A stretch of DNA of 64,000 nucleotides from the NCBI RefSeq assembly GCF_009914755.1, contig NC_060931.1. One strand, written 5' to 3'. Positions 57,570 to 64,000 of this stretch are shown here, piece after piece (position 1 is the stretch's first letter; every line of letters begins with the position of its first letter). A program made the position numbers and the translations under genes. Under the pieces are notes generated by a model. It ran no database searches and was not told where the DNA came from. It saw only the letters and a list, made by a program, of their open reading frames with translations. Source of the DNA: the human T2T-CHM13v2.0 reference genome, Homo sapiens.

Positions 57570-58128
57570 AATAAAGAAAGATATCCAACACCATAAGTCA
57601 AACTGCATAACACCAAAGAGAATGAAGAAACTTCAAAGCCATGAGAGAGAGAGAGAGAATCTACACATGTGAGAGTGAAATCTCCACAGCCCAGGCAGAG
57701 CCAGAAAACTGAGAAGGAAATATTAAGAGTGCTGAAAAATTATTGTTCAACCAGTAACTGAATACATAGCTAGCATATATTTAATAAATAAGGGTAAACT
57801 AAATAACCTTCAGAAGTAAAACACACACACACACACAAAGAGAAATTTTATCTACCAACAGGAGCATCTTAAGTGTACACTTCAAGAAGATAGAAAAGTT
57901 GTCTTATATAAAACTTAAGGGATCAAAATTAAATATAAGAAACTTGTGGACACAGGGGACTATGACGGTGGACTTTAAAGAAACCACCAAGTTCTTGGCA
58001 GCATAGTTTTCAAAAGTATTTAGATGAAATAAAAGTGTAATAAAATAATATATAAAATCACCTGCTTCTTGAATTATTTGATGTCCAAATCTGTTTTTCA
58101 GATAATTATTTTCATAATTTATTATCAT

Positions 58129-59017
58129 CTATGATATTTATATAACACATTATGCAAAATTTTGATTATTCTATTATCAGAACTAATTAGCATAAAAGGG
58201 CTAACAGATAGAAATTGCCCATAAGCATCTGGACACCCATGATGAATGAGTCATAAGCCCATAACAGGGTTGAGGAGGATGAGATGATGAGGCCCACCCA
58301 ATACATGAGCACAAAGCAACTCACCAGCATCGGAATGGTCTAGGTGGCCCTTTTCTCTGGGGAGGCTTTTGCAGACAGGTTGGTGCTGGGAAGGTACTGG
58401 GGTTGTCTCTGATGCCTGGACAAAAGAATTACCATGTATGCCCTTGAGAGCAACATGACTGCTACAAAGAAGACATCTGCAAGTAGTGGCAGCATGAAAG
58501 ACAGACTCCTGATGATGTAGCTTATGTAAGAAAGTGAACAGTATTTACTGATACTTGGCACATTGCTGTCGGTCACATTAGAAGAGGCCACAGTGGAGGA
58601 AGGCAGGTTACTACTGAGAAAGAAACTGAGAACCCCAAGAAGTGAAAGATGCAATGTGTGAATTTCTGTTTAATTCTTGCCAACCAGGAGGTGCCGGGGG
58701 TAATGGTGACAGCCTGGAGCACACTCCGGAGGCAGGTGGTGCAGATGGAGAGCCCTCATCCCTCTATGCATGTAGAAGAATACCTTACACTTGAAGTCAT
58801 TCTGAAAATACTGTGACTCAAAGAGGTCCAGAGATGCCAAGAAGCTCACAGTGAGGAGCATCACTAAGTGGACAAGGGCCAGGTGACAGGTGATGAGGTC
58901 AGTGGGCTTAGGCCTGCAGTCCAGAGGGAGTGTGCAGATACAGAAGAAAAGGAGGAAGGTGTTGGCTGTGAGTCCAATACCAGCTTGGGAAAAAAGGGCA
59001 ATTTTTAATAGTGTCAT
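58129..59017 (-). pseudogene. VN1R pseudogene (mirror copy)
   Basis: ORF fragments 58670-59017 and 58340-58654 are identical to the left copy. Confidence 0.93.
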
Positions 59018-61111
59018 AAGTGGACTATGGTCGTCTTAATGGTGAAGAGGGATCATATTTTATATATCTGAAAAAGCAATAGATATCCTATCATCAGTAT
59101 TATTTATTGCACGGTCAAAATTATTACCAATATTATCATTTTAATTTTACCCATTTATCCTGATTAACCTGGACTATCTCATATAAATTCTTTAAAATGT
59201 AGCCTAAGCATTTTATCTTACAACAAATAAGTTATACGTATCTGAAACTTCCATACATCCACAATCACACCCATGTAGGGTGCACATTATCTATACTCAT
59301 AGAGTACTTGTGGCTCACTCATCAGAAAGCATTTCCTTCCCTTCTGAATTCCTCAAATCACTGAACATTCTCAGATCAAAACTTTTTTTCTTCTTAAAAG
59401 CTTTTCAACTTCTAAGAATATATACATATTTCAATGCTCAAAGATGAAAAAATGTCCACTAAAAATTTTATCCTCAGAAAAACTATCAATTAAAAATAAA
59501 TAAAAAAGACATTTCAGGTAAATAAAAGCTGAGGCAATTTTTTGATAGCAGACAGATCATTTGAGAAAGAATAAAAATAAGTTTTCAGGCTGAATGCAAG
59601 TAATCCCAGATAATTTTAATGCCCCCAAAAGACAAAGAGGACTAGTAAATGTAACAAATATTTAAGGCAATATAAGAAATTTTTTTCTCATATTATCTGA
59701 TTGTCAAAAGCAACTGTGTAATATTGTTTGTAATGGGATCTTCAGTGCTATAACATAAAGAAATTTAATTTATTTGCCAATTACAGCACAGAGAAAGTGG
59801 GTTCAAGAAAAGATATATTGGGCTAAGAAAATCTTTCCAGATAATAACTTGTATCTACAAAGATTTAAAAAAGTACGTCAGAAAAAGTGAAGGATTACAA
59901 TAACATAATGAATAATAAGAAGTTTAACAAAACAAACCTGTAAATACACAAGTGCTCTTTTTTCTTATTTCAGCTTATTTAAAAAAATAAAATTATGTAA
60001 GCAGATAACTACAAACTGTTGTGTTTGTAACATATGTAGATTTAAACATTAGTACCCAAACTAGGAGGGAAAGACAGAATAAAGTTGTACAGGAGCAACG
60101 TTTTCATAAAATGAATATAAGGTTAAAATGTGAAGCTCCAATACCTACCTACATACATATATATGGTGCAATTATCAAATTAATGTAATTAGCAGGTACT
60201 ATATTATGTGTATCTGCTAGTGCCCTGGTCTTGGACTTCTCAGCCTCTGTAACTGTGAGAAGTAAGTTTAGACTCTATATAAATTACCTGTTCTAAAGTA
60301 TTTTATTACAGAAATAGGGATAGCCTAAGACAACATTCGTGAACATCCATGCTGTGCACTAAATCACCGGAACTTGTTTATTTTATATCTAAAAGTTTTG
60401 ATCACCGTGTCTTCATTTCTGCCAGCCACCACCCCCTAGCAACCACTGTGGACTCTCTGTTTCTATGACTTTGACATTTTTGGCTTCATATATGAGTGAA
60501 ATCAAACAGTATTTGTCATTCTGTGTCTAGCTTATTTCATTTAACCTAATGTCCTCTAGGTTCATTCGTATTGTAGCAAATGGCAGAATTCTCTTTTTTA
60601 TGGCTGAATAATATTCCATTATATAAATATTCCATAATTTCTTTACCCGTTCATCTATTAATGGATACCTAGATTGTTTGCATGTCTCTGTCATTGTAAA
60701 TAATTCTGCTATGAATACAGAAGGGCAGGTGTCTCTTTTAGATACTAATTTTATTTTCTTTGGTTATATATCTGGAAGTGAAATTGCTGGATAATATGGC
60801 AATTCTATTTTAATTATTTGAGAAAGCTTCACAGTGTTTCTGTAATGGTTGTACCAATATTTCTGTATTTTTAAGTGTATGTTGTACTCTGTTGGGAGCC
60901 AATTTTTATAGACCTGTTGGTTAATTTGTTTTACATCTTATATAAGCTTCCATTTGGACAATCTTTTCAAGGATGTTTTTAAATAACTAACAGCCTTGTG
61001 TGAAGTGAGTAGTGTCTCTTTTTAGAGCAGAGGTCAAATACATACATAAATAATTTAATAAAATTATGTTTTCCCCAGAGGCAAAGGTTGGGAAGGTTTT
61101 ATTTGAAACAC

Positions 61112-62144
61112 TTTATTTTTTTTCAGCAAAATTCTCTGTATTTTAATGAAGTAAGACAGTAGTCCTTGAATGGAGGAGAGGACAAAAAGGGAACCCCCAA
61201 AATACATGATGTGTTGAGAACCCCAAAGTCCAGTGGAAGTCACATCAGGCACAAATCCCATAGAGGTTCTGAGTGAAATCCCTGCTACAAATTTTAGCCA
61301 TGAGAGATGAAGGAGTTCCCCCAATTTAGAGGTATCTTCTAAGCCAAAAAATAAAATGATGGAGGGGGGCAGGGGCTCAATCTTTAAGAGTTTTCCAATT
61401 TTAGAGGAACTGGGAAAGCACATCAGGACCCCCTCATCTAACAGGGTGGGGGATATGAGATCCTGATGCAACTTCAGGACAGAGATAAAACATTGATTCG
61501 TTGGTGGGCAGGGCTCCTTGGCATGGCGGGCTCAGATTGGCTCCCTAGTGGCTGGGAGTAAGGTCAGGCTCAAGACAGCCTGTGTTGAGTAGTCAGGAAG
61601 GAAACTCATCAGCTTGGGTTTGATAAAAGGACGATTTAGAGGTATTCCCCTCCATCTTGGGGAGCGACCCTTGCAGCAGAAAAATTGTGGTGAGAGTCTG
61701 GGGCAAATGGAGCCACTCCTTTTGCTGGAACATGAGGCAGTCAGACAGCAGGCACCACATGGCTTCGGGCAGTTGCTGGAGATTTTTCTGAGGTCCAGGG
61801 ATGAAGAGTCACAGCCCACCATAAAGATAATCTGGTCACAGCTGCCAATGTGGCTGTAAGGCAGTGAGCCAGTCGTGAGATTTTAGAGCACAGCCACACT
61901 GGCATAGACGTCCGACTGGAAGCTGAAGGGGTTCAGGTCAGCTGCGATCCACAAAACAGAACCTGAAGGCTTCTCCAAGGGCTGGGCCCTGCTTCACTCT
62001 GTCTTCACTGTGGCCAGACGAGAGTCACTCATCTTTGTGTTGAAAAATGTTATTAGACTTGAGATCGCCTTGGATGATATTCTTGGCATGGAGGTAGTTC
62101 ATGCCCTGGGCAGTCTGCTGGGCCATGTCAATTAGCTGGACTAT
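61112..62144 (-). pseudogene. ARAFP: ARAF processed pseudogene (C-terminal kinase lobe + 3'UTR), 5' truncated or interrupted
   Basis: Minus strand reads [33 protein letters not shown]...LATVKT...[15 protein letters not shown]...FQSDVY...[20 protein letters not shown]...KISSNCPK. It is intronless with stops and frameshifts. QPLE.PSGS and PYSHIG are ARAF-type rather than BRAF or RAF1. Confidence 0.9.
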
Positions 62145-62520
62145 ATAATATAATATATAATGCAACATAATATAATATAATATAATATAATATAATATAA
62201 TATAATATATTATATAATATAATATACTGTGACATAATATATGTCAGACATAATATATAATGATGTCATAATATATTGTGATATAATATCATGTATTATA
62301 CATACGATATATATCATAATACATTGTGATATCATAATATAATACATGATATATAATCATATATAATATATGGTATAATACATTGTGATATCATAACATA
62401 AAATTTTGTTTTTTTGTATATGTTTTATGAAATAACAAATTATATATATGACACCGTATCTGACAAAATTTTATTATATTACATGATATTACATAATATA
62501 TTGTGATATTATAACATATA
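62143..62520. repeat. AT-rich (TAATA)n microsatellite / degenerate minisatellite
   Basis: tataa arrays and recurring acattgtgatatcataa units. Confidence 0.85.
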
Positions 62521-63258
62521 AAATTTTGTCAGATAATCTTATGAGAAAACTGAGTTAAATTTTGTAACAACATTAACATATAAACTTAATAGAACCTAAG
62601 AAAATTATCTGCTCTTGTGTAAATGACCATTTTTTCGATAACTCTGAAGGCCAGCTATGGGTGTGAAAGGGGTCTGCTACTTACTTTATGAGACATTGAC
62701 CTCCAAATCTTTGCTGTTATTAACCAGTGCCCTTGCAAGATAAGAGAATATTTTACTCTAAGAAAGCATTTTCATAGATACCATAATAGGAATTTTGCTC
62801 ATGTTAGTTAATAAATTATTATAACTTTTTTGGTTATTAATAGTTTGTCATTAAAATATACTTCTACAGATAACCCATTGCACAGGTGTTTTGATTCATC
62901 CTTTAGCCACAGGTCAAATTTTAAAATGTTTATTCGTCAAATTTTATTTATTTTAGATAAAAGAGTCCTTGTATCTACCATGTGCTGTAAGATCTGTATG
63001 TTGTTAGAAAGACAAATTCTCAGACAAAACTCATGTCTATTTTGAAATTCTCAAACCAAGTTCAGGTCTATTTTTTTCAAAATCTAGATTTTACGTAATG
63101 TTTCTAGGTGTTTCCTTTCAATAAAAATCCAAACTAAAAGAAATAAAAAATGTATAGGTAATTCCCATGCATATCAATATTGTTAAGTGGGGTACTTTTA
63201 TTTTTACGAAAGGGATTGTTTATATGGATGTATTGATGTGTCAAACAGGTACAGTTAA

Positions 63259-63563
<305 letters not shown>

Positions 63564-63744
63564 AAGATTGGTCCTTTCAATGAGCTCACATCTTATTTTA
63601 AAAAAGAAAAACTAATTAAAAGATAAAGTCTGAGTAACAAATGGGTTCACGTTAATGATTATTAACTTGGGTACTTCTATTCTTAAAAGAAAAATTGTTT
63701 ATTATGTGTACTGATGTTTAAAAAGGTACAGTTAAGAGTAAACC

Positions 63745-64000
63745 TTTCTTTTTTTTTTTTTTTGAGACAGTCTCACTGTCACCCAGGCTTGTGTGTAGCT
63801 GCCCAATCACATCTCACTAAAGCCTCACCCTGCCAGACTCAAGGGATCCTGCTATGTCAGCATCCCAAGTAGCTAGGAATACAGGCATGCACCATCATGC
63901 CTCATTTTTTTTTTTTTTTTATTTTTAGTAGCCATGTGGTCTCACTATGTTGCCCAGGCTGCTCTTAAACTCTGACGCTCAAGTGAGCCTCCTGTCTTGT
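63745..64000 (-). mobile_element. AluJ-like (runs off window)
   Basis: T-tail followed by gagacagtctcactgtcacccaggc. Confidence 0.85.

Overview
Primate (human-like) repeat-rich genomic DNA with no intact protein-coding gene. The dominant structure is a giant, nearly perfect inverted duplication. The left arm is 1-22326 and runs off the window edge; the right arm is 39280-61598; a unique ~17 kb spacer lies between them. Positions pair as x <-> 61599-x, shifting to 61606-x after a 7-bp indel at ~20440. Each arm carries an ARAF processed pseudogene, a vomeronasal receptor (VN1R) pseudogene, an SLC25A1 processed pseudogene with a CpG-rich 5' half, and a CpG island. That island contains three ~135-bp units of paired ZNF143-type motifs, followed by a TP53TG3-like reading frame and an RFX X-box. 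The spacer holds two more VN1R pseudogenes, candidate fossil 5' exons, an L1PA fragment cut at the left arm junction, a fused inverted Alu pair, and a young L1PA with a short 3' transduction. The ARAF/VN1R/SLC25A1/TP53TG3 pseudogene combination suggests pericentromeric 7q11.21 segmental duplications (from recall, unverified). Family and subfamily calls are by eye, and repeat boundaries are approximate.
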